A DNA stretch of 32,000 nucleotides from Promethearchaeum syntrophicum. GTDB lineage: Archaea > Asgardarchaeota > Lokiarchaeia > Sigyniarchaeales > Promethearchaeaceae. Position 1 is the stretch's first letter; every line of letters starts with the position of its first letter. The stretch is taken from NCBI RefSeq assembly GCF_008000775.2, contig NZ_CP042905.2, positions 3,210,001-3,242,000 of the forward strand. Direction: 5' to 3'. The position numbers were made by a program, and so were the translations under genes. Shown in pieces: positions 18,457 through 26,699 of this stretch. Under the pieces are notes generated by a model. The model saw nothing but the letters and a program-made list of their open reading frames with translations. It had not been told where the DNA came from and searched no databases.

Positions 18457-19317
18457 ATGGCAAGTTCGGTTCAAAAAAATAAGACATCTTTAAATGCAGA
18501 AGAAAGTCAAAGTGGAATAAATTTAATGCACGGATTGTTGGTTGGTAAAACTGCAATAATTACTGGAAGTTCTCGTGGAATTGGTAAAGGTTGCGCTCAA
18601 GTTTTCATCGAACAAGGGGCAAAAATTGTTATTAATGGACGAGATGAGGGTGTTTGTCGAGAAACTTATCAAGATATAACAAAAAATGGAGGGGACGCCA
18701 TTATTTGCCCAGCGGATATTACAAAAAAAGATGAGGTTAATAAAATGATTACAAATACTATCGATGCTTTTGGGCATATTGATATTGTTGTGAATAATGC
18801 GGGAACCAGTAGAGACGCATTGATCCATAAAATGTCGGATAGTTTGTTTAAATTCATTTTTGATTTAAACCTGAAAGGGACTCACAATGTCACACAAGCG
18901 ATTCTTCCGGAGTTTAGAAAAGAAAGCAGAAAGGATGAATTTAAAAAAATAATTAATTTTTCATCTGTGGCCGGAATATCGGGTAATCTTGGGCAAACAA
19001 ACTATGCAATGGCTAAAAGCGGAATTATTGCTTATTCAAAAGCATGCGCACGGGAATTGTCGTTAGACCGTATCAATGTTAATGTTATTGCACCAGGATT
19101 CATAGAAACACGAATGACAGCAGCTAAAAAACCGGGAGATACATTAGGAATGCCTCAATCGGTAAGAAATCTGGCAATTTCTTCAATCCCATTTTCCCGT
19201 GGAGGGGGAGGAGGATTACCACTTCATGTAGGAAATGTCGCATTATTTTTAGCGAGTAATTTATCTGATTGGTTAACAGGTCAAACCTTCACTGTTGATG
19301 GAGGTTCTTATATCTGA
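18457..19317 (+). CDS. Canonical SDR (3-oxoacyl-ACP/acyl-CoA reductase-like)
   Basis: TGSSRGIGKG, DIVVNNAGTSRDALI, NFSSVAGISG, NYAMAKSG, APGFIETRMT, VDGGSYI. Confidence 0.9.
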   Translation: MASSVQKNKTSLNAEESQSGINLMHGLLVGKTAIITGSSRGIGKGCAQVFIEQGAKIVINGRDEGVCRETYQDITKNGGDAIICPADITKKDEVNKMITNTIDAFGHIDIVVNNAGTSRDALIHKMSDSLFKFIFDLNLKGTHNVTQAILPEFRKESRKDEFKKIINFSSVAGISGNLGQTNYAMAKSGIIAYSKACARELSLDRINVNVIAPGFIETRMTAAKKPGDTLGMPQSVRNLAISSIPFSRGGGGGLPLHVGNVALFLASNLSDWLTGQTFTVDGGSYI

Positions 19318-19422
19318 TCTCATGGGATCGGGTATAATTTTTTAATATAACGATTATTTCTTGCAAAAGAATAATAAATAAAAAAAAAGTAAAAAAATAT
19401 AAACAAAAAAAAGTGAAAAATT

Positions 19423-19695
19423 ATGGCAAACGTAGTAAAAGGAAAATTCAATGTAAAATTGGAAGAAATGGCAGACACAAAGTTTTCACCAAGAGCAACC
19501 AGTTCAGCTTCTGCACGATTAAGAATCTTGAATGAATCTAATTTGGTATGTTTTGGAAATAGTTGTACTGAAGAAGAACTTGCAAAATGGGAAATGCTTT
19601 GCAACGAAGATACCGTAACCGCACAATTAGATCATATGGCGGGTAAAATGTATGCAAATGGTGTGGAATTTAAGAACGGAAAGTTTGAATTCTAA
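19423..19695 (+). CDS. Small uncharacterised protein downstream of the SDR pair
   Basis: Intact 90-aa ORF, same strand. Its leader (gtgaaaaaattATGGCAAA) resembles the leader of 18457 (gttgaaaaattATGGCAAG). No recognised domain. Confidence 0.6.
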   Translation: MANVVKGKFNVKLEEMADTKFSPRATSSASARLRILNESNLVCFGNSCTEEELAKWEMLCNEDTVTAQLDHMAGKMYANGVEFKNGKFEF

Positions 19696-19722
19696 TTTTT
19701 TATTTTTTCAATTTTTTATCAA

Positions 19723-21219
19723 TTAATTCAGATTCTTTCTATTTCTTAAGATATACATCAAAGTAGCACCAATTAGACTTAGTATTATCGATATTGTCCA
19801 AATTAAGTTATATCCTTGTGAATTAATTGTCCAAACAGGAGTTTCTAATGGGATTAATAGGTGTAAAGCGTTAGTTTTAACAAAATCCACACCCAAAAAC
19901 CAAACTTGAGAAAATCTTTGTACTGTATCTACCGTCCACACCATTACAGTAATATTTGCATCTTGATACTCTTGAAATTGATCATTTGATAAAGTGTGGA
20001 TTGTATTTAGTAGATCTACTTCTTCTTCTAATAAACTAGCAATGTCTTGAGAAGACGATATTTTAGTCATATTTTTGGTTAAATTTGATGATAGTCTGGT
20101 TATTATTTTTTCATTTAATCCTGAATCATATAATTGATTTATGAGAAGTTCATCATACTGGTTATAAAAAGGATGTTCTTTAGGAGGTTTTCCTGAATCA
20201 ATATCGATATAAAGGTTATAATCTCTGGTTAAATTCAAAACTTCATCTAACGTGGGTATTTTTTCTCCCCTAAAATTTTCTGCTGTTTGTAAATCAACAA
20301 ATTCATCTGCAATTGTTTCGTATGGATCATCATCAGAAAACCAAGACCCAGCATCCAATAATCGTAAATCCGTAATGTTAAACATAGTTGCATCATCATT
20401 TATCCTTTCGGGAAAGATATCTTCGACATTAGTAGTTCTTTTCAAAAGACTATCATGCATTAGGAAAAAAATTCCATCGTAGCTAATAGACACATCAACT
20501 TCCCAACCGATCGCGCCAATTTCGGCGGCCATTTGTCCAGCGATTAAAGTGTTTTCTGGAGCTAAATGTGAAGCGCCTCTGTGAGCCATAAGTTTTGGTT
20601 TAGGAGGGATATCTCCTTGAATGACATTAACTGGAATGAATATGAACGGTAGAATAAATCCAAACAATATTATCATGAGAATTCCAGCTATTATTAAAAG
20701 ATCCTTATTAAAAGTGAATTTCCAACGTTCTTGTTCTTTGATTTCTTCCCAAATTTTTATAATATTGAAAATGATTTTTTGTGATGAAAATGTCATTATT
20801 AATATCAAGAAGAAGAAAATTATGGGACTAATATATTCTAATCCAGTCCGCACTATGCCGATCTCATCTCCACCTATCGAAATAAGTAAAAACAACATGA
20901 AATCCCATATTATAAGAACAGGAATAAGAAATATTCTTGGAAATAATGCAATTTTGTTCAAGTTCTTTGTGATTCTTTTTGGAGACAATCGAATAATTAG
21001 AAATAATCCGTAACCAGTTAGAAAAATTGATACTATAAGAAGTAACATCAGCCATTGAAATTTTAAATTTGTGAATTCACTCACAAAATAATTGATATCG
21101 GACCATAAAGGTCTTACTAATAAAATAATTAACGAGAAGATCAAAATATTTACAAAAAATATCCAAAAAACCGTATACCAAAATCTATATCTCCATAAAA
21201 AACTCTTATCAGATTTCAT
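19723..21219 (-). CDS. Membrane-bound glycerophosphodiester phosphodiesterase
   Basis: KLMAHRGASHLAPENTLIAGQMAAEIGAIGWEVDVSISYDGIFFLMHD is the GDPD catalytic core. Multi-TM N-terminal half and one C-terminal TM. Confidence 0.88.
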   Translation of the reverse strand: MKSDKSFLWRYRFWYTVFWIFFVNILIFSLIILLVRPLWSDINYFVSEFTNLKFQWLMLLLIVSIFLTGYGLFLIIRLSPKRITKNLNKIALFPRIFLIPVLIIWDFMLFLLISIGGDEIGIVRTGLEYISPIIFFFLILIMTFSSQKIIFNIIKIWEEIKEQERWKFTFNKDLLIIAGILMIILFGFILPFIFIPVNVIQGDIPPKPKLMAHRGASHLAPENTLIAGQMAAEIGAIGWEVDVSISYDGIFFLMHDSLLKRTTNVEDIFPERINDDATMFNITDLRLLDAGSWFSDDDPYETIADEFVDLQTAENFRGEKIPTLDEVLNLTRDYNLYIDIDSGKPPKEHPFYNQYDELLINQLYDSGLNEKIITRLSSNLTKNMTKISSSQDIASLLEEEVDLLNTIHTLSNDQFQEYQDANITVMVWTVDTVQRFSQVWFLGVDFVKTNALHLLIPLETPVWTINSQGYNLIWTISIILSLIGATLMYILRNRKNLN

Positions 21220-21287
21220 TAGTTATTGAAAAATCGAATTAAGTATTGAAAAAGATTTCCGAAATAATATAAAAGAAAAAAAAAAGA

Positions 21288-22079
21288 TTAAATCATTGAG
21301 CCGCCGCCACCAACTAAAAGCTGGCCGGTAATCCAATCACTTAATTCACAAGAGAAAAATAACACAATTTTAGCAATATCTGAAGGTAATCCTCCTACCC
21401 CATCGCGTGAAAATGGAATTGCCCCAATCGCAATATCTCGAATGGCTTGAGGAATACCCAATTTATCTCCAGGTTTTTTCAAAGCAGTCATCCGAGTTTC
21501 TGTGAATCCAGGAGCTATTGCATTAACGCAAACGCGGTTCAAAGAAAACTCTCTAGCACAAGACTTTGTATAAGCAATTAATCCACCTTTTGCAATGGCA
21601 TAGTTTGCTTGACCTACATTTCCAGACACACCAGTTGTTGAAGAAAAGTTCACAATCTTTTTGAATTCATTATTTCGTTCAGCTTTTAAGAATTCTGGTA
21701 GAACTGCTTGAGTACATACATGAGTGCCTTTCATATTAACATCGATTATAAAACGTAATAAGCGATCGTCCATTTTCTGTATCATAGCATCGCGAGAGGT
21801 CCCTGCGTTATTTATTAATATATCGATTTTTCCAAAAGCTGCTATAGTGTCCGCGACCATTTTATTAACTTGTTCTACATTGGTAACATCTGCTGGGCAT
21901 GCTATTGCTTCCCCACCCATTGCCTTAATTTCCTCAACAGTTTCATTACATGGTATAGGATCTATATCATTAATCGTCACTTTACACCCTTGCTCAACGA
22001 ATACTTTTGCAATACCTTTTCCAATTCCTCTTCCGCTTCCAGTGATTATGGCAACTTTTCCTTTTAATAATTCTTTCAT
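21288..22079 (-). CDS. Canonical SDR (3-oxoacyl reductase-like), paralogue of 18457..19317
   Basis: TGSGRGIGKG, INNAGTSRDAMI, NFSSTTGVSG, NYAIAKGG, APGFTETRMT. Start taken at the internal Met 22079 with GGAGG on the minus strand overlapping the preceding stop. Confidence 0.88.
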   Translation of the reverse strand: MKELLKGKVAIITGSGRGIGKGIAKVFVEQGCKVTINDIDPIPCNETVEEIKAMGGEAIACPADVTNVEQVNKMVADTIAAFGKIDILINNAGTSRDAMIQKMDDRLLRFIIDVNMKGTHVCTQAVLPEFLKAERNNEFKKIVNFSSTTGVSGNVGQANYAIAKGGLIAYTKSCAREFSLNRVCVNAIAPGFTETRMTALKKPGDKLGIPQAIRDIAIGAIPFSRDGVGGLPSDIAKIVLFFSCELSDWITGQLLVGGGGSMI

Positions 22080-22092
22080 TTTCATTTCCCTC

Positions 22093-22962
22093 CTATTGCT
22101 CCAACTTGAGCCAAAGTCCTCCATCCACAGATATACTTTGTCCATTAATTCCTATCGCATCATCAGAAGCTAATAATAATACCATGGGTGAGACTTTTTC
22201 AAATGTCATTGGTTGATTGCTTAAATCAGATGATGTTACTAAATACGCTCCTTTTACCCGATCTTTTGGACCTTGCATTTTTTTTTCAGATAATGGTCCA
22301 ATTGCAACTGCATTTACATTAGCGAAACGACCAAATTCCCGTGCTAAACTCTTTGTTAATCCGATCATTGCTCCTTTAAATGCTGCCCAAATGGCACCGG
22401 CACTCATTCCTGCTTTTCCTAGCATACTTGTCAAAATGACTACTTTTGCATAAGTTCCTTGAGTTTTCCTTTGAGTTGATAATTGATCACGAACAGCACT
22501 TAGTAAATGAAAAGTTGGCCAAACATTTTGATCTCGTAAATAATCGAATAATTCCATATCAGTTTGATCTACCCTTTTCCGTTCAAATTTATCAAAATTA
22601 GTAATCAGAACATCCAATTTACCGAATTCTGCGACTATATCTTCTACCATTTTTAATGCTGGAAAGTTTTTCCAAACAACTTTGGTTTTATTTTTGCCCC
22701 GATCATCAACATATGCTTCAATTTCGTATGTTCTCTCTGTAAAGAAGTCACATTCGTAAGCTTTGACATTTCCGCCTATTAATTCAGCACATGCTTTAGT
22801 GATCGCAAAATCGGTATCAACTAAACACACTTCTTGAGCGCCTTGTTCAATCATCTGTTTAGCAATTATGCCGCCCAATCCGATTTTAAACGCATCTTTT
22901 TTCATTTTGCCGAGATTTCCACCTACAAGGCAAATTTTTCCATCAAATTTTCCCATTTTCAT
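22093..22962 (-). CDS. Degenerate SDR family protein, paralogue of 17546..18409, putative pseudoenzyme subunit
   Basis: GGNLGKMKKDAFKIGLGG replaces TGxxxGIG. TNFD replaces NNAG. Ser retained (ILTSMLG), but the catalytic Tyr position is Trp (AGAIWAAFKG). Ends SVDGGLWLKLEQ. Confidence 0.85.
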   Translation of the reverse strand: MKMGKFDGKICLVGGNLGKMKKDAFKIGLGGIIAKQMIEQGAQEVCLVDTDFAITKACAELIGGNVKAYECDFFTERTYEIEAYVDDRGKNKTKVVWKNFPALKMVEDIVAEFGKLDVLITNFDKFERKRVDQTDMELFDYLRDQNVWPTFHLLSAVRDQLSTQRKTQGTYAKVVILTSMLGKAGMSAGAIWAAFKGAMIGLTKSLAREFGRFANVNAVAIGPLSEKKMQGPKDRVKGAYLVTSSDLSNQPMTFEKVSPMVLLLASDDAIGINGQSISVDGGLWLKLEQ

Positions 22963-23151
22963 TCACTTTTTTTTAAAAATTAACTCGAAAATTATTCGTA
23001 TTTTAAAAATTCTTATTTCAAATTAGGGTTGATCGTTATAAAAAGATATTTTGAGAATTTTAACTGAAAAGCGGAAATTAACAAAAGTAGTGATTTTTGA
23101 AAATTTGGGTAATAATGAGGAAAAAAAAAAACACAAACTTAAATTAATGAT

Positions 23152-23733
23152 TTATTGTAAATCATATTCCAATTTGTTTCCACAAAATTCGCAATAAACG
23201 GATTCTGATTCCGATAATATCCGCATCATTTCATTTGTAAATGTTCCACCACAATTTGGGCAATGGAGTAATTGTTGGAATTTGATAACGTCATTTCTTA
23301 CGCTTGTTTGAGCCATTACCTTAGTAGGTCTTGCTGGTTGTGCTGGTCTTGCTGGTGGTGCTGGTCTTGCTGGTGGTGCAGGTGCTACAGGCGGTGCGGG
23401 CGGGCGAGTATACCTTCGTGCGGGTCTACTAATCTTTCTTGGACGATCATACCTATAATGATAGTGTCTATGATGTTTTCTCGGAACAAACAAAGATCTA
23501 ATGAAATTGAACAGAATTTTGAAAATCTCAAAAACCAATTGAAAGACTGCTTTCACTATATAGAAAACCAATGAAAACGATCCTACAGTCAAAGCAACTA
23601 GACCAACTAAAATCAAAATTTGATATATTAGTGGTAGAGTATGCATCCAATCTCGGGCTGTGATAAAAAAGTCCCAAAAGGAATCGAAGGTAAAATGATA
23701 CCCGAATATATAAACATCAGTATTTATATCCAT
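23152..23733 (-). CDS. Membrane protein with Pro/Ala/Arg-rich linker and C-terminal zinc ribbon
   Basis: Two hydrophobic segments, RPPAPPVAPAPPARPAPPARPAQPARP linker, then CPNCGGTF...YCEFCGNKLEY. Confidence 0.65.
   Translation of the reverse strand: MDINTDVYIFGYHFTFDSFWDFFITARDWMHTLPLIYQILILVGLVALTVGSFSLVFYIVKAVFQLVFEIFKILFNFIRSLFVPRKHHRHYHYRYDRPRKISRPARRYTRPPAPPVAPAPPARPAPPARPAQPARPTKVMAQTSVRNDVIKFQQLLHCPNCGGTFTNEMMRILSESESVYCEFCGNKLEYDLQ
23328..23411 (-). repeat. Short GC-rich imperfect tandem repeat encoding the Pro/Ala linker
   Basis: Repeated gctggtcttgctggtggt-type units on the + strand inside an AT-rich background. Confidence 0.6.
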
Positions 23734-23845
23734 ATTTTAATCATCGTAAATTTTTTACTAATTATCATAAGATAAGTATAATATATCAAAAATCCAGAGT
23801 CCATTTTCTGGCAAGTTTTTTTATAATATTATACAACGATTAATT

Positions 23846-24703
23846 ATGAATAAAATTTTAGAAGGAAAAACTGCTTTAATAACAGGATCTAGCCAAGGGA
23901 TAGGAAAGGCTTTGGCAATAGGTTTTGCAAAAATGGGTGCAAATATAATAATTACTGGCCGAAATCAAGAAAATATGGAAAAGACACTCCAACAAGTGGA
24001 AGAACAAGGAGGAAAAGGAATTATTGTTCCGGGAAATGTTCAAAATTATGACGAAGTCCAGAATATTATAACCATCGGAAAGGAAAAATTCACTCATATC
24101 GATATTCTGATTAATAACGCAGGTTTTTCTCGCCTGAAACCCATCCATAAGATGAGAGTGGAGCAATTTGAAGACATCCTTAAAACCAATGTGTTAGGAG
24201 TATATAATTGTTCCCATGCAATTGTTCCTCATATGATGGAAATTGGCGGGGGGACTATTGTGAACACGGGGAGTGCAATCATAAGTTCACCGGGTCCTAG
24301 ATGGAGTGCATATTCAATGTCAAAATCAGCTCTTTTAGGATTTACAGAAAGTTTAGGCATTGAATTGAAGGGAAATAGAATTAATGTTAATACGATAATG
24401 CCGGGTCCTGTTAACACTCCATTATTTCGTATGGGTATGACGGAAGATATGATTAAAGCAATAGGTCCCATGGCACCAGAAGATCTTGTTCCTTATTATG
24501 CCTTTTTTGCAACAGATCAAGGAAAAAAAGTGACCGGTTTAAATGTAGATATGAATATTTGCAAGTCAGTAATGGAAATGGGTGATAATTTGAACCAATG
24601 GTCTGAAATAAAAGAAATTGCACAAGAAAAATTAAAACCTGAATCATTTAAAGCAGCGAAAAAATATAGAAAGCTAATTAATTTCATATTGCAAAATAAT
24701 TGA
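23846..24703 (+). CDS. Canonical SDR family oxidoreductase
   Basis: ALITGSSQGIGKALA, DILINNAGFSR, YSMSKSALLGFTESL, NVNTIMPGPVNTPL. Confidence 0.88.
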   Translation: MNKILEGKTALITGSSQGIGKALAIGFAKMGANIIITGRNQENMEKTLQQVEEQGGKGIIVPGNVQNYDEVQNIITIGKEKFTHIDILINNAGFSRLKPIHKMRVEQFEDILKTNVLGVYNCSHAIVPHMMEIGGGTIVNTGSAIISSPGPRWSAYSMSKSALLGFTESLGIELKGNRINVNTIMPGPVNTPLFRMGMTEDMIKAIGPMAPEDLVPYYAFFATDQGKKVTGLNVDMNICKSVMEMGDNLNQWSEIKEIAQEKLKPESFKAAKKYRKLINFILQNN

Positions 24704-24727
24704 TACTCAGAAAAAAATGGTGATAAA

Positions 24728-25246
24728 ATGAAAATTGGTGTGCTAAGCGACAGTCATGACCATCTCGACAACATTAAAAAAGTAATTGATATTTTTCTAC
24801 AACAAAAAGTGGAGAAGATTATCCATTGTGGAGATATTGTAGCGCCCTTTGTAGTAAGAGTAATGGGTGAGTTAGAGGGAAAAGACATTGAAGCTATTGG
24901 AGTATATGGAAATAATGATGGGGAACGTAGGGGTTTAATTAAGATTTTAGGAGAAATCATGAAAATTAAAGGGGATTTTCATGAGGTTAGATGGAATGAC
25001 AAAAAAATTGCCATTTACCATGGTACCGATAAAAGACTACTGGATAGTGTAATCCAATCCCAAAACTATGATTTAGTTTTATGTGGACATACCCATCAAG
25101 TGAGAATTGAACAGCAAGGAAAAACGGTGATTTTAAATCCCGGTGAAACTTGTGGATATCTGTTTGGAAAGGCAACTTGTGCGATTGTTGACTTAGCAAT
25201 TGAACCTTTTGACACAAAATCTATAGAAATTATTAATATACCATAG
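24728..25246 (+). CDS. YfcE/MJ0936-type metallophosphoesterase
   Basis: MKIGVLSDSHDHLDNI, IHCGDIV, VYGNNDGERR, YHGTDK, LVLCGHTHQ, LNPGE. Preceded by GGTGAT ribosome-binding site. Confidence 0.9.
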   Translation: MKIGVLSDSHDHLDNIKKVIDIFLQQKVEKIIHCGDIVAPFVVRVMGELEGKDIEAIGVYGNNDGERRGLIKILGEIMKIKGDFHEVRWNDKKIAIYHGTDKRLLDSVIQSQNYDLVLCGHTHQVRIEQQGKTVILNPGETCGYLFGKATCAIVDLAIEPFDTKSIEIINIP

Positions 25247-25451
25247 TAATTTTTTTCTTGAGTTGTATGTTTTTCTGAACTTGAAATAATCTTTTTTCAC
25301 CTTTTTTTACCTTTTCAGAAACGCAATATATTTTTTCTTATCATTGCGTGAAGTTTTTAGATTCGAATTTCTACAAAAAAGTCTAAAAACTTCGATAATA
25401 TGGAAGAAGTTTTTTATTTTCATACATCGAATTTGAAATAGGTTAAGAATT

Positions 25452-26543
25452 TTGACATTAAATTGGTCGAGTAATGTAATTGTTGGTTTTGTGGGATTTA
25501 TTCCATCCTTGATGGCAACTATTTTCACATTTATTCAATATTTTAAAAATAAATACACCCATCTAAAATATTATGGAGGGATGTGGTTAATGTTATCAAT
25601 ATGGATACTATTCCAGGCAATATCAGACCTTTTTTTATCTATTCCGCTCCATTTTCTTGTGTTTTATGCTTTAATCATTTTTTCTTATTTTGTAAATCTT
25701 TCAGTTGATACGATTACGCGAGATTCCATTGATCCCTATAAAATGTTCTTTACGACGATAGCATCAAGTTTTGTTGTTATTCTCTCATTTGATTTTAATA
25801 ATTTTCCAACCTTCAACCCTGATGCAATAATTATTGACCCGGAGGCTGTGACTCCTTACCCTACTATGAATGGAAGTTTTAAGATTGCAGTAATGATTGC
25901 AGCAACTTTATTGATTTCAATAGCGCTCTACGGAAATTTCAAAGTATTAATTCATTCTCCAAAAAAACTTAAAAAATACTCACTACTCAATATTTTGGGA
26001 ACATATTTATGGGGTATTCAACCTGTTTGGATACAAGTGACCCATTTGGAAGAAGTTTATCCTGGACTCGCGACAGGTAGCATGGCTCTTGGCTTAGTAA
26101 TAATTGCTATAATCACTTTAAAAGAACCAAAATTAGCATATATACTCCCTTTTAAAGCATATAGAATTTTGATCCAAAGAACTGATAATGGTGACATTTT
26201 ATTTAAACATGATTGGAACAAACTCGAAGCTCCAGGAAGTGAAGAAATTTTTTCCAGAATGATGCAAGCGGTTAATACAATGTTTGATATGACAATTAAT
26301 AAAGGAAATGTCAAAAATATTAAGTTTGATGAAGCTGAAATTACGTTCAAAGTGAGTAAAGTAGCACCCCTTGTGTGTATTTTAATCTCCAGCGATTATT
26401 CTATTACATTAAGAAATTCGTTTGATACATTTGCGAATGAAGTTTATAAAGATTTCATTAATGATAAAAATAATTTTCTCTCAATGAATAAAAATAATAA
26501 AGGAATGATTATTTTAAAGAAAAATTTTCCATATATTCCATAA
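25452..26543 (+). CDS. 7-TM membrane protein with conserved C-terminal cytosolic domain (paralogue 1 of 3)
   Basis: TTG start, TLNWSSNVIVGFVGFIPS, about seven hydrophobic helices, then YRILIQRTDNGDILFKHDWNK...MMQAVNTMFDMTINKGNVKNIKFDEAEI....LRNSFDTFANEVYKDF. Confidence 0.8.
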   Translation: MTLNWSSNVIVGFVGFIPSLMATIFTFIQYFKNKYTHLKYYGGMWLMLSIWILFQAISDLFLSIPLHFLVFYALIIFSYFVNLSVDTITRDSIDPYKMFFTTIASSFVVILSFDFNNFPTFNPDAIIIDPEAVTPYPTMNGSFKIAVMIAATLLISIALYGNFKVLIHSPKKLKKYSLLNILGTYLWGIQPVWIQVTHLEEVYPGLATGSMALGLVIIAIITLKEPKLAYILPFKAYRILIQRTDNGDILFKHDWNKLEAPGSEEIFSRMMQAVNTMFDMTINKGNVKNIKFDEAEITFKVSKVAPLVCILISSDYSITLRNSFDTFANEVYKDFINDKNNFLSMNKNNKGMIILKKNFPYIP

Positions 26544-26699
26544 AATCCTCTTTAAAATTTTTACAATATGAGAAAGAGTGAAAAATATAGAATTTTGCGT
26601 AAAATTAATAAAAATTCCCAAAATTGGAATAATCTTAAATAATATTACAACAAATTGTACAATAATCAATCATTCAAAAATTTTAAACTTGTGAAAAAA

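Noticed and set aside
20252-21055. ORFs antisense to the GDPD gene (20252-20482, 20621-21013, 20864-21055)
   Set aside because: Contained in a gene with strong family signatures.
21724-22173. 149-aa plus-strand ORF antisense to the canonical SDR
   Set aside because: Sizeable, but fully explained as the reverse complement of the conserved SDR coding frame. Ser/Thr/Ile-rich translation without domain features.
25307-25528. 73-aa minus ORF in the gap before the 7-TM array
   Set aside because: Overlaps the start of the first 7-TM gene, no ribosome-binding site or motif seen.
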